Source: an uncultured Candidatus Saccharibacteria bacterium
Lineage (GTDB): Bacteria > Patescibacteriota > Andersenbacteria > UBA10190
Direction: 5' to 3'
NCBI GenBank assembly: GCA_964371255.1
Contig: CAYJKV010000004.1
Coordinates: forward strand, 39,613 to 103,612
Length of the DNA stretch: 64,000 bases
Shown here: piece after piece, positions 17,899 through 26,603 of the stretch
Layout of the letters: each line of letters opens with the position of its first letter
How positions within the stretch are numbered: the stretch's first letter is position 1
Made by a program: the position numbers and the translations under genes
The notes under the pieces: generated by a model
The model's input: only the letters and a program-made list of their open reading frames with translations
The model's database searches: none
What the model was told of the DNA's origin: nothing

Positions 17899-19776
17899 TT
17901 ATCTGGGGTGGTTGATCCATTGGTCGTGCCAGAGGTGAAGCATAAGAAGAGTCCATATTTTCTTGCGATGGTCAGCTTTGCCTTGTCTGTGCTCGGTTAG
18001 TAAACGATCAACTACCGGGGGCTTTACTATGTCGGCTGCCCGTAGATTGTCAGGCGCTAGTACTTCCCTTGTCCAGTTATACAGTGGTTCGCGTAACCAG
18101 TGACCGAGAGGCAGGGAAAAGCCTTGCTTTCGTCGATCGATGATTTGGCTGGGAATACGACCACGCATCAGTTTTTTTAGAAGATACTTGTTTCTCTTTA
18201 GGTGGATTGGTAAACACATAAGAAAGTTCGTTAAGTCGATGTCGAGGAAGGGGGCTCTGGCTTCTAGACCGGCGTACATGGTGCTCCGATCTAGTTTGGT
18301 GAGAAGGTAATTATTTAGATAGTGATGGATATTGACTAATGAAACAGCGTCTATTGGCGCTAGCTCTTGAGCCAAGTCAGTATATTGAGTGACATCTGCC
18401 AGTACTTGGCCGACATGAGCCCGAAAAGGGTCGGTCAGTATGTCGTTTAGTTCTGTTGGGGAGAATGAGCTAATCCATAACTGATTTCTCATTAGCGGGG
18501 AATAACCTATGCCTTGTAAGAGTGTTTTTATTCTGGAATCAAAAGTTGAATATTCGTATTTGGTGGGGATGAGGTGGACAATCTTTGCCAGGGAGGTCCA
18601 AAGAGAACGAGGTAAAGAGGGGAGGTGTTCGGTGATCTCAGCTGCACGATACATATTGTATCCAGCCAACAATTCATCACTACCTTCACCGGAGAGGGCA
18701 ACGGTAATCAGGCTGCTGGCGAACTTGCTTAACTGATAGGTTGGTAGTAAAACGGGATCGGCCAGTGGTATGTCTAAGAAATGTTTTAGTTCCTCTAAAG
18801 TTTTGCTGACGTCTTGTGCTCTGAAGTACATCGCGTGGTGACGGGTGCCGAGGGCGGTAGCAGCAGTTTGTGAGAAGGATGATTCGTCATAAGATTTTTC
18901 TGTGAAATAAACAGAGAATGACAGTAAATCATTAGTGTTAGTCTGTTTCATGTACCAAGCAATGGTTGTCGAATCTAGACCACCGCTCAGGAATATGCCC
19001 ACTGGCACATCGGCGAGCTGGCGTCTTTTTACTGCCTGAGACAATAGTCCGTCGAGTTGATCAATGGCTGCAGCGTCGGAAGCAAATGAGGTTTTAGGTA
19101 AAAATATTGGTTGCCACCATTTTTTTATGTCCGTGTTTTGTCTGGTGATGCGGGCGTATGATCCCAGCGGTAGTTGCTTGATGGTCTCGTAACCGGTAGC
19201 TGGTGCGGGAACATATGTATACAGGAGATATTTTGAAATTGCTATGGGGTCAACAGTGTGAGGGAGGTCGGGATGGGCCAGCAGTGCTTTTGTTTCGGAG
19301 GCAAAGATGAAAGAATGTCCGAGGTCTGCATAATAAAGCGGTTTTTTTCCAAAAGGATCTCGGGCGAGTAATAATTCCTGTTTTGCCTTATCCCAGAGAG
19401 CTAGGGCGAACATACCGCGTAATTTAGACAAGGCAGAGATGCCCATCTTAGCTAGCAGATGAAGCAGTACCTCGGTATCTGAAGATGATCGTAGTTTGAT
19501 GTCTTGGAGGTATTGCTTGCTGAGTGTCTGGTAGTTGTATATTTCGCCATTGAAAATAATCGTGTAACGTCCGTCGGGAGTTGTCATGGGCTGATGGCCG
19601 CTTGGCGACAGATCAATGATGGCTAGTCGCTGATGCGCCAAGCCGCAGCCGTGGTTGATGTATACACCCTTATCGTCTGGCCCGCGGTAGCTCAATAAAC
19701 CGGCCATTTTATTGAGAGTAGCTTGGTCAATGCTTGCTCCTGCACGTTTGTCCAATATGCCTATAATGCCGCACAT
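17899..19776 (-). CDS. asnB: asparagine synthetase (glutamine-hydrolysing) family amidotransferase
   Basis: Starts MCGIIGIL, with Cys2 as the nucleophile. The PP-loop SGGLDSTTIA and a typical AsnB C-terminal domain are present. The longer ORF starting at 19869 is very unlikely to be the true start. Confidence 0.85.
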   Translation of the reverse strand: MCGIIGILDKRAGASIDQATLNKMAGLLSYRGPDDKGVYINHGCGLAHQRLAIIDLSPSGHQPMTTPDGRYTIIFNGEIYNYQTLSKQYLQDIKLRSSSDTEVLLHLLAKMGISALSKLRGMFALALWDKAKQELLLARDPFGKKPLYYADLGHSFIFASETKALLAHPDLPHTVDPIAISKYLLYTYVPAPATGYETIKQLPLGSYARITRQNTDIKKWWQPIFLPKTSFASDAAAIDQLDGLLSQAVKRRQLADVPVGIFLSGGLDSTTIAWYMKQTNTNDLLSFSVYFTEKSYDESSFSQTAATALGTRHHAMYFRAQDVSKTLEELKHFLDIPLADPVLLPTYQLSKFASSLITVALSGEGSDELLAGYNMYRAAEITEHLPSLPRSLWTSLAKIVHLIPTKYEYSTFDSRIKTLLQGIGYSPLMRNQLWISSFSPTELNDILTDPFRAHVGQVLADVTQYTDLAQELAPIDAVSLVNIHHYLNNYLLTKLDRSTMYAGLEARAPFLDIDLTNFLMCLPIHLKRNKYLLKKLMRGRIPSQIIDRRKQGFSLPLGHWLREPLYNWTREVLAPDNLRAADIVKPPVVDRLLTEHRQGKADHRKKIWTLLMLHLWHDQWINHPR

Positions 19777-19880
19777 ATAGATTAATTTAAACTTTGTTGG
19801 ATGATTGTACCAAAACTGAAATAACTTGCTTGCCAGGAGATCAAGACTGATGATAAATAAAGTGACCAATCTTTAATATC

Positions 19881-21107
19881 ATGATCATAGAACAACCATA
19901 TTTAAGGACGAACCAAGCTGGCGTTAGTGTACGTGCGAAGGTTCAAGTCGAAACAAGCCGCCACTTGTCGCGTGAATTGTGGTTTGAAGTTAATGACAGT
20001 AACGGGCAGTACCTAATGGCATCTTTCGATCCTTTTGTGGTGGGAGTGTTAATGTTAGCTATGTCGTTGGGTGAAGATATCAAAATCAACGGTAATTTAT
20101 CGCCAAAGCTGATTTATGGCTTGAAACAATATCAGCAATATTTTCATTATTGGTTTAAAGACAGATTGCAGGTGGTTGATATTGTGGCTAGTGCGGGCGA
20201 GGAGATGGATGGTGACCATAGGCAAGAAGCAGTCGCCAGTTTTTTTTCTGGTGGAGTTGATTCCTTTTATACACTATGGAGTCATCTACCAGAGCAAGAG
20301 AGAGTTGTCGCCAATCGGCTTACTCATTGTGTTTTCGTGCATGGTTTTGATATTCCGATTAACGATGTAAGAACGTTTGATACGGCGTTTGTGCACTATG
20401 AAAAAATGATGGAGCGGATGGGGATTCAACTGATTGGCGTCAGGACGAATCTGAAGGAACTTTTGATCCATTGTAATGTTGGTTGGGGCATGACGCATGG
20501 TACCGCGCTAGGAGCAGTGGGAATGTTGTGGCAAGGTCTAGTTGGTCGAATGTATATTCCATCAACACAGAAATATTCAGTAACCGAGCCGTGGGGGAGT
20601 AATCCAGTTGTTGATCCGATGTTGTCACTTAATCAGCTAGATTTTGTGCATCACGGGGCACATATGGCAAGGTTGGATAAAATTACCGAGATTTGTCATT
20701 GGCCGGTTGTTTATGATGCTATGCGTGTTTGTTGGTTGCGGCCTAATGGGATTAATAATTGTGGTCGGTGTGAAAAGTGTCTGCGGACAATGATGGCTTT
20801 GGAAATTGAAGGAACCTTGCGTTGTTTTGGTACCTTTCCGAGTAAGCGGGTGGTTAATTGGTCTAAGTGGAAGGTGGTAGATTATTACGAGAAAGGTTAT
20901 TTGGAGGAGCTCAAGGAGAGAGCCGAGCAAAGAAAGAGATTTGATTTGTTGGCGATTATGGAAAAGATACAGCAGAGGTCTAAGTGGTTGCGTGGAGCAT
21001 ATTGGTTAAGGAAAGAACTTTGGTACAAGGGCGGATACATGTTCTTACGGGTAAGAGATTATTGGAGACAGCTGGTTGTGAAAACATTGAAAGGAAAAGA
21101 CTACTAA
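19881..21107 (+). CDS. PP-loop ATP pyrophosphatase family protein; probable N-acetyl sugar amidotransferase (WbuX/WbpG/PseA-like, QueC-like fold)
   Basis: SGGVDS PP-loop motif and a C-terminal Cys cluster NCGRCEKC. It is 408 aa, transcribed divergently from asnB, inside the glycan locus. Confidence 0.55.
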   Translation: MIIEQPYLRTNQAGVSVRAKVQVETSRHLSRELWFEVNDSNGQYLMASFDPFVVGVLMLAMSLGEDIKINGNLSPKLIYGLKQYQQYFHYWFKDRLQVVDIVASAGEEMDGDHRQEAVASFFSGGVDSFYTLWSHLPEQERVVANRLTHCVFVHGFDIPINDVRTFDTAFVHYEKMMERMGIQLIGVRTNLKELLIHCNVGWGMTHGTALGAVGMLWQGLVGRMYIPSTQKYSVTEPWGSNPVVDPMLSLNQLDFVHHGAHMARLDKITEICHWPVVYDAMRVCWLRPNGINNCGRCEKCLRTMMALEIEGTLRCFGTFPSKRVVNWSKWKVVDYYEKGYLEELKERAEQRKRFDLLAIMEKIQQRSKWLRGAYWLRKELWYKGGYMFLRVRDYWRQLVVKTLKGKDY

Positions 21108-23206
21108 GGTTGTTTTAGTTTGATGATAGCGTCTCTTAAAGTGGCGGCTCGTTCGAATTCTAGATTGCGGGCGGCCAGTTCCATCTTGCTGGTCAACTCC
21201 TTAATGATGCGGAGGCGTTCATCGGGCGGTATTTCGTCCGGATCTAGATCATCGATAAGGGCTGGTGTGCGAGCGGTGATGGTGCTGGTCTTAATAGCTT
21301 TTTGGATGGAGTGAGGGGTGATGTGATGGCGCTTGTTATAAGTTTCTTGGATGGCGCGGCGGCGGTTGGTTTCATCAATAGCCTGTTGCATGGAGCCGGT
21401 GATTCGATCGGCGTACATGATGACTTGTCCACGGAGATGCCGGGCAGCGCGGCCCATAGTTTGGACTAGAGTGGTACTGGAGCGTAAGAAACCTTCTTTA
21501 TCGGCATCCATGATGGCTACCAGGGATACTTCTGGCAGGTCCAAACCTTCACGCAGCAGATTAATGCCTACTAATACGTCATATTTACCAAGGCGTAGGT
21601 CGCGCAGTATGACTAGTCGTTCCATCGTGTCGACATCGGAGTGCAAGTAGGCACACTTGATACCCATTTCAATTAAATAGGTGGAGAGCTCCTCCGCCAT
21701 TCGTTTAGTGAGAGTGGTGACAAGGACGCGGCTGGTGAGAGTAGCCTCCTCAGCGCTGGGTGTTTTTTTGCCAACACCTAATGTTTTCCCGGCCGGCTTG
21801 ACGATCAAGCCGGGTGCGTCAGACGAAGCTGACACATCTGGTGTGTCTGCATTCTGAGGTGGCTTAGTACGTTTTTTGATTTCATCGATAATGTCGTCAA
21901 CTTGGTTAGCCAGTGGGCGGATAGAAATTATCGGATCCAGAAGACCGGTGGGGCGGACTAATTGCTCGACTATTTGCTTGCTAGTATTGAGTTCGTACTG
22001 GCTGGGAGTGGCCGAGACAAAAATAGTTGGACTGAGACGGTCTTCAAACTCATTGAATTTGAGGGGACGATTATCGCGGGCGGAGGGAAGGCGAAAACCG
22101 AATTCGATCAAGCTATCTTTGCGGGCTTTGTCGCCCCCATACATGGCGCCAATTTGCGGAATTGTCATGTGAGACTCATCGGCAAAGACAAGAAAACCCT
22201 GTGGTCCATAAGCATGTATAAAATAATCAAGGAGAGTAGTGGGCGGCTGGCCAGATTGGCGGCCATCAATATGGCGAGAATAATTTTCGATGCCGGAAAC
22301 GACGCCGACTTGCTGGATCATTTCCAGGTCGTAGGTGGTTCGTTCGGCAATGCGCTGGGCTTCAATCAGTTTCTGGCGTTTGGTGAAATGATCGACTTGT
22401 TCGGTCATTTCTGATTTGATAGCGGACAGAGCATTAGTTAGCTGGGTAGGGTTGGAAATGAAAAAGGTGGCAGGAAAGATGGTGGCCGAGTCGACTGCAG
22501 AGATGACATCGCCGGTTAAGTCGTGCAGATGAAGAAGTTTTTCAATAGTCGGACCGTAAGATTCAATGCGCAGCAACCGCTCTTCGCCGGAGGGGTGAAT
22601 GTCGATAGTGTCCCCGCGGACACGGAAAGTACCGTGCGGCAGATCAACATCATTGCGGGTGTATTGGAGCTTAGTCAGCTGCTGTAGAATTTCACGGCGT
22701 GAAAACGGCCCATGTTTTTTTAGCTGCAGGCGCTGGTTAAAATAATTAGCTGGCGAGCCGAGTCCATAGATGCAAGAAACGGAAGCGACCACGATAGTGT
22801 CGGTCCGGGTAAGAATTGCCTCCATGGCAGAGTGGCGCAGACGATCAATCTCTTTATTGATGCTGGCGTCTTTGGCGATATAGGTGTCGGTACGGGCCAG
22901 GTATGCTTCCGGCTGGTAATAATCGTAGTAAGAAACAAAGTACTCGACGGCATTGTCTGGAAAGAATTCCCTGAACTCTTCTGCCAGCTGGGCTGCTAAA
23001 GTTTTGTTGTGACTGATAACTAAGGCGGGTTTTTGGGTTTTGGCAATAACAGAGGCCATGGTGTATGTTTTGCCGCTGCCGGTGACGCCTAATAAAGTTT
23101 GTCGCTGGTAACCGTTTTTTAGTCCCGACACCAACTTCTTGATAGCTGGCGGCTGGTCGCCGGATGGTTTGAAAGGCGCTCGTAAATTGAATTTATGAGG
23201 AGTCAC
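21104..23206 (-). CDS. uvrB: excinuclease ABC subunit B, carrying a roughly 45 aa in-frame low-complexity insertion
   Basis: GVTGSGKTYTMASVIAKTQKPALVISHNKTLAAQL...EYFVSYYDYYQPEAY and a C-terminal UVR domain are present. The insertion is KPPQNADTPDVSASSDAPGLIVKPAGKTLGVGKKTPSAEEATLTS. Confidence 0.95.
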   Translation of the reverse strand: MTPHKFNLRAPFKPSGDQPPAIKKLVSGLKNGYQRQTLLGVTGSGKTYTMASVIAKTQKPALVISHNKTLAAQLAEEFREFFPDNAVEYFVSYYDYYQPEAYLARTDTYIAKDASINKEIDRLRHSAMEAILTRTDTIVVASVSCIYGLGSPANYFNQRLQLKKHGPFSRREILQQLTKLQYTRNDVDLPHGTFRVRGDTIDIHPSGEERLLRIESYGPTIEKLLHLHDLTGDVISAVDSATIFPATFFISNPTQLTNALSAIKSEMTEQVDHFTKRQKLIEAQRIAERTTYDLEMIQQVGVVSGIENYSRHIDGRQSGQPPTTLLDYFIHAYGPQGFLVFADESHMTIPQIGAMYGGDKARKDSLIEFGFRLPSARDNRPLKFNEFEDRLSPTIFVSATPSQYELNTSKQIVEQLVRPTGLLDPIISIRPLANQVDDIIDEIKKRTKPPQNADTPDVSASSDAPGLIVKPAGKTLGVGKKTPSAEEATLTSRVLVTTLTKRMAEELSTYLIEMGIKCAYLHSDVDTMERLVILRDLRLGKYDVLVGINLLREGLDLPEVSLVAIMDADKEGFLRSSTTLVQTMGRAARHLRGQVIMYADRITGSMQQAIDETNRRRAIQETYNKRHHITPHSIQKAIKTSTITARTPALIDDLDPDEIPPDERLRIIKELTSKMELAARNLEFERAATLRDAIIKLKQP
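21742..21797. repeat. second copy of the roughly 57 bp near-palindromic in-frame element (see 4041..4097)
   Basis: tagcctcctcagcgctgggtgtttttttgccaacacctaatgttttcccggccggc. It is read in the same frame and orientation as the truB copy. Confidence 0.75.
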
Positions 23207-23313
23207 GTCAAGCAGAGTATCTTTGATATGTTAATATCGCAAGGGGAATAGTGTGTTATAAGGCTAGTTGGAATATGCTTGCGGGGGTTTCGGGGACATC
23301 GTAACCTTAGCGT

Positions 23314-23877
23314 ATGATTGCATTAATTAAGGGAGAAGTAGCCGAAAAAGACGAGAAGTCGTTGGTTGTCATGGCGGGAGGGGTAGGTTATAGAATAGCG
23401 GTGCTGCCAACCCTGCGGAGCCAAGTTAAGACGGGTGAAGCGGTGGAGTTGAGGATTCATCATCATATTAATGACGATAATGAGTCGCTGTATGGATTTG
23501 AGACAAAGGCGGACTTAAATACATTCGAACTGTTGCTCACCGTGCCGTCGGTTGGACCACGGACAGCGATGGCTATCTTAGAAACTGCTCCACCAGTCGT
23601 GTTGGAACAGGCGGTAGCGGAGGAAAATATCGCAGTATTAACAAAAGTCTCGGGAGTTGGCCGAAAAACTGCCGAGCGGATATTGGTGGAATTGAAAGAG
23701 AAGATCAAGGCACCATTAGTAGCAGGAGTAGCGGGCGGGGTGCAGCAGGGAGCAATGGAAGCACTCGTCAGTATTGGGTTCAAGACGGCGCAGGCCAGAG
23801 AAGCAGTGCAAAAATTGCCGGCAGGCGTAAAAACGATTGAGGAAGCGGTACGGGCAGCGTTGAAACAACAAAGCTGA
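23314..23877 (+). CDS. ruvA: Holliday junction DNA helicase RuvA
   Basis: MIALIKGEV...GGVGYRIAV...LYGF...FELLLTVPSVGPRTAMAIL...VSGVGRKTAERI matches RuvA domains I-III. Confidence 0.9.
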   Translation: MIALIKGEVAEKDEKSLVVMAGGVGYRIAVLPTLRSQVKTGEAVELRIHHHINDDNESLYGFETKADLNTFELLLTVPSVGPRTAMAILETAPPVVLEQAVAEENIAVLTKVSGVGRKTAERILVELKEKIKAPLVAGVAGGVQQGAMEALVSIGFKTAQAREAVQKLPAGVKTIEEAVRAALKQQS

Positions 23878-23940
23878 AAGTTCAAAATAAACGAGGCCAC
23901 GAATGGCAACAAGAAGCGTGATGTAAAAAATTGAAGAGCA

Positions 23941-24091
23941 TAAGATGGTTAATAATTTTCAATTTTCAAAGCTCAATTCTCAAATAATTTTTAATGATTC
24001 AATCTATCAAACATTAGTAATTTTATCTTTGTCGTATATATTTGAAAATTATAGACTTGAATGCTTTATTGAAGATTGAAAATTGGTAATT
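23941..24091. repeat. AT-rich dispersed element of about 150 bp with terminal inverted 'aattttcaa / ttgaaaatt' motifs (copy A of 3)
   Basis: Roughly 80% identical to 25121..25285 over about 100 bp; 39088..39185 is a shorter third copy. It ends at the FemAB-like gene start. Confidence 0.7.
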
Positions 24092-25120
24092 GAAAATTAT
24101 ATGAATGTTCGTCTAGCGACAAACCAGGATAAGGAGAGATGGAATGAAGTGGTGATAAATTCGCCGCAGGGTTCTTTTATGCAAGCTTGGGAGTGGGGTG
24201 AGATGCAGCTCTCTTTTGGGCTGCCAGTGTGGCGACTGATAGTGGAAGATGGAGGGTCGTGGGCGGGGGTGGCGCTGGTGATTGAACGTAGTGTGCTGTT
24301 CGGGCGGTGTTGGTTGTATGTGCCGCAGGGACCGCTTTATGAGAGCGAGCCGAGAGTCTGGCGGCTGGTTAATGATAAATTGCGCGAGTTGGGGGCGAGT
24401 CAGAAAGCGATATTTGTTCGTTGTGATCCAATAATCACTCAGGCTAACGGGAACGATGTTTTGTTATTACAGAGCGGCTGGCTGAAGTCCGAGCGAGAGG
24501 TGCAGCCGCGTCATACACTGATGGTGGATCTGACCCAGAGCGAGGACCAATTATTAGAACAGATGCGCCAAAAAACCAGATATAACATCAGGTTGGCACA
24601 GCGGAAAGGCGTAACGGTGAGGTTTTCTCAGGCAAAAGGTGATGTAGAAAATTTTTTGGAATTAACGCGAGAGGTGGAAAGCCGCGGACTGTTCCGTTAC
24701 CATCCCGCGCATTATTACCGGACAATGCTGGAGGTCTTGGGGCCGCATGGTTTGTTGGAGATTGGGGTAGCGGAAATGGAAGGAACGGTTTTGGCGGTAC
24801 ATTTATTATTGAAGTTTGGGAAGAGGGTGACATACGGGCACGGGGCGAGTCTGGCCGGCAAGAGAGAATTGATGGGGCCGCATTTGTTGCAGTGGGAATC
24901 AATTAAGCGGGCGAAAGAACAAGGATACCTGACATATGATTTTTTTGGGGTGGCGGCTGACCAGTCCGACAGCGATCATCCGTGGGCAGGCATTACGCGT
25001 TTTAAGTTAGGTTTTGGCGGTAAGCGAGCAGATTATATTGGTGCGTATGATTTAGTGTTGGATCAGACGTTATATGCCATCTACAATATGGCGCGCCGGA
25101 TGAGGGGAGTTCTGAGATAA
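24092..25120 (+). CDS. FemAB family peptidyl/aminoacyl transferase (peptidoglycan interpeptide bridge formation family, GNAT fold)
   Basis: 345 aa with FemAB-like architecture (MQAWEWGEMQ...YHPAHYYRTMLEV...GHGASLAGKRELMGPHLLQWESIKRAKEQGYLTYDFFGV). Confidence 0.75.
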   Translation, partial: ENYMNVRLATNQDKERWNEVVINSPQGSFMQAWEWGEMQLSFGLPVWRLIVEDGGSWAGVALVIERSVLFGRCWLYVPQGPLYESEPRVWRLVNDKLRELGASQKAIFVRCDPIITQANGNDVLLLQSGWLKSEREVQPRHTLMVDLTQSEDQLLEQMRQKTRYNIRLAQRKGVTVRFSQAKGDVENFLELTREVESRGLFRYHPAHYYRTMLEVLGPHGLLEIGVAEMEGTVLAVHLLLKFGKRVTYGHGASLAGKRELMGPHLLQWESIKRAKEQGYLTYDFFGVAADQSDSDHPWAGITRFKLGFGGKRADYIGAYDLVLDQTLYAIYNMARRMRGVLR

Positions 25121-25285
25121 ATTTTCATTTTTTCCCTAGAGGATCCCTTCAGGACAAAGCTCAATTTTTTATAAATGCCAATGATGCAATTATCGAACAT
25201 TGGTAATTTAAGTTTTGTCGTATATGTTTGAAATTTTTAGTTTGAATGTTTGTCTGCAGGTTGAAAATGGGTAATTGAAAATTAG
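25121..25285. repeat. AT-rich dispersed element, copy B
   Basis: See 23941..24091. It ends at the start of the Mur ligase ORF. Confidence 0.7.
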
Positions 25286-25310
25286 GGGAGAGACATGTAT
25301 CTTTGGGCGT

Positions 25311-26603
25311 ATGAAAGTTAAGCGGTTATATCAGCAACTAAAGAATAGCTATCATTTTTTCCAGGCACATGGGTGGCGATGGTGGTATGGCCGGCCGGAC
25401 AGGGGGATGAAGATATACGGGGTGACCGGTACAAACGGGAAAACCACGACTAGTATCTTGTTGGGGACGATCTTGCGAGAGGCTTATGGACGAGATAAGG
25501 TGGGGCTAATCACGACGATCACTTTTTGGCTAGGAGGAGAAGAGCAAGTGAATGAGACAAAAATGACGACGATGAGAAGCCGCGATGTGTTTAAGCTACT
25601 GCAGCAGATGAAAGACCGGGGAGTGGAGAGGGTAGTGTTAGAAGTAACAAGCCATGCCTTAGATCAGCACCGTTTGGCGGGAATTATGTTGGATGGAGCG
25701 ATTATTCTAAATATCGCGAGGGAGCACTTGGATTATCACGGGACGATGGATGAGTATACGCGAGCTAAGGTTAAAATATCTGACTATTTAGTGGTGGGGG
25801 CACCGTTGGTAGTTAATGCCAAAATCCAAATGCCAAACAAATGCCAAACAAATGCCAAAATCCAAATTATTAAATTGGCAACAGAGCAAGCCAAGAATGT
25901 TGTTACTTCTCTGCCGGGGGAAGTGAATAAAGAAAATGTATTGGCGGTAATATTGTTGGCGCGAGCAGTGGGCGTGGATGAAGCAATAATAAAGCAGGGA
26001 GTGGCAAAGGTTGACCACGTGCAGGGGAGAATGGAGTGGGTAGAGATAAATGACCAAAGCTCAATAACCAAAGCTCAAATGACCAGATGGCGATTGCCTA
26101 GAGTGTTGATTGATTATGCGGTGACACCGGATGCGCTGGAGCAACTATACCAAGAGGTCAGAACAATGACGCGGGGTAAAATATTTGCCGTGCTGGGTGC
26201 GTGCGGACAACGTGACCGTGGGAAGAGACCAATGATGGCTCGGGTGGTGGCGCAATATGCCGACGAGCTTATTTTGACTCGAGAGGATCCGTGGGAAGAA
26301 GAAGAAGAGCAAATCTTCCGGGATTTAGAAAAGGGCTTGGAACCAGGGGTTGGGGTTAATGCCGCTAATGATGGCACGGCTCCGGATAGGCGAGAGCTCA
26401 GTCACGCAGTGTGGCAACGTATAGTCGATAGGCGAAAGGCGATCAAGTTCTGTATTGATAAGGCAGGACTGGACGACGTAGTAGTGGTGACAGGCAAGGG
26501 GGCGGAAACAGGCATGGCGATTGGCAAAAAGATCCTGCCGTGGAGTGATAAACAGGTAATTCAAGAATTGCTGGCGGAAAAAGCGAGAAAAGGCGCGTTA
26601 TGA
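25311..26603 (+). CDS. Mur ligase family protein lacking the N-terminal domain (MurE/MurT-like)
   Basis: P-loop GVTGTNGKTTTS about 45 aa from the start, then VLEVTSHALDQHRL and NIAREHLDYHGTMDEYTRAK (MurE-like middle domain), followed by a C-terminal domain. There is no Mur N-terminal domain. The gene contains an in-frame oligo repeat. Confidence 0.75.
   Translation: MKVKRLYQQLKNSYHFFQAHGWRWWYGRPDRGMKIYGVTGTNGKTTTSILLGTILREAYGRDKVGLITTITFWLGGEEQVNETKMTTMRSRDVFKLLQQMKDRGVERVVLEVTSHALDQHRLAGIMLDGAIILNIAREHLDYHGTMDEYTRAKVKISDYLVVGAPLVVNAKIQMPNKCQTNAKIQIIKLATEQAKNVVTSLPGEVNKENVLAVILLARAVGVDEAIIKQGVAKVDHVQGRMEWVEINDQSSITKAQMTRWRLPRVLIDYAVTPDALEQLYQEVRTMTRGKIFAVLGACGQRDRGKRPMMARVVAQYADELILTREDPWEEEEEQIFRDLEKGLEPGVGVNAANDGTAPDRRELSHAVWQRIVDRRKAIKFCIDKAGLDDVVVVTGKGAETGMAIGKKILPWSDKQVIQELLAEKARKGAL
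25815..25867. repeat. ccaaatgccaaa oligo repeat in-frame within the Mur ligase CDS (encodes NAKIQMPNKCQTNAKIQI)
   Basis: aatgccaaaatccaaatgccaaacaaatgccaaacaaatgccaaaatccaaatt. The same motif is intergenic at 39914..39945. Confidence 0.75.

Noticed and set aside
17899-19869. AsnB ORF beginning at 19869
   Set aside because: Glutamine-dependent asparagine synthetases must begin Met-Cys (the nucleophile Cys2). MCGIIG occurs at 19776, so the upstream 31 codons are read-through.
25815-25867. CRISPR array candidate (short direct repeats aatgccaaa)
   Set aside because: The units are 9-12 bp with no spacers of defined length. They lie inside an ORF, and no cas genes are present in the window. It is an oligonucleotide tandem repeat, not CRISPR.
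25311-26603. Mur ligase homolog could be folylpolyglutamate synthase (FolC), which also lacks a Mur N-domain
   Set aside because: Its P-loop is GTNGKTTT (Mur-type) rather than GTNGKGS (FolC-type), and the DHLDYHG block is MurE-like. It is also adjacent to a FemAB-type cell-wall gene.
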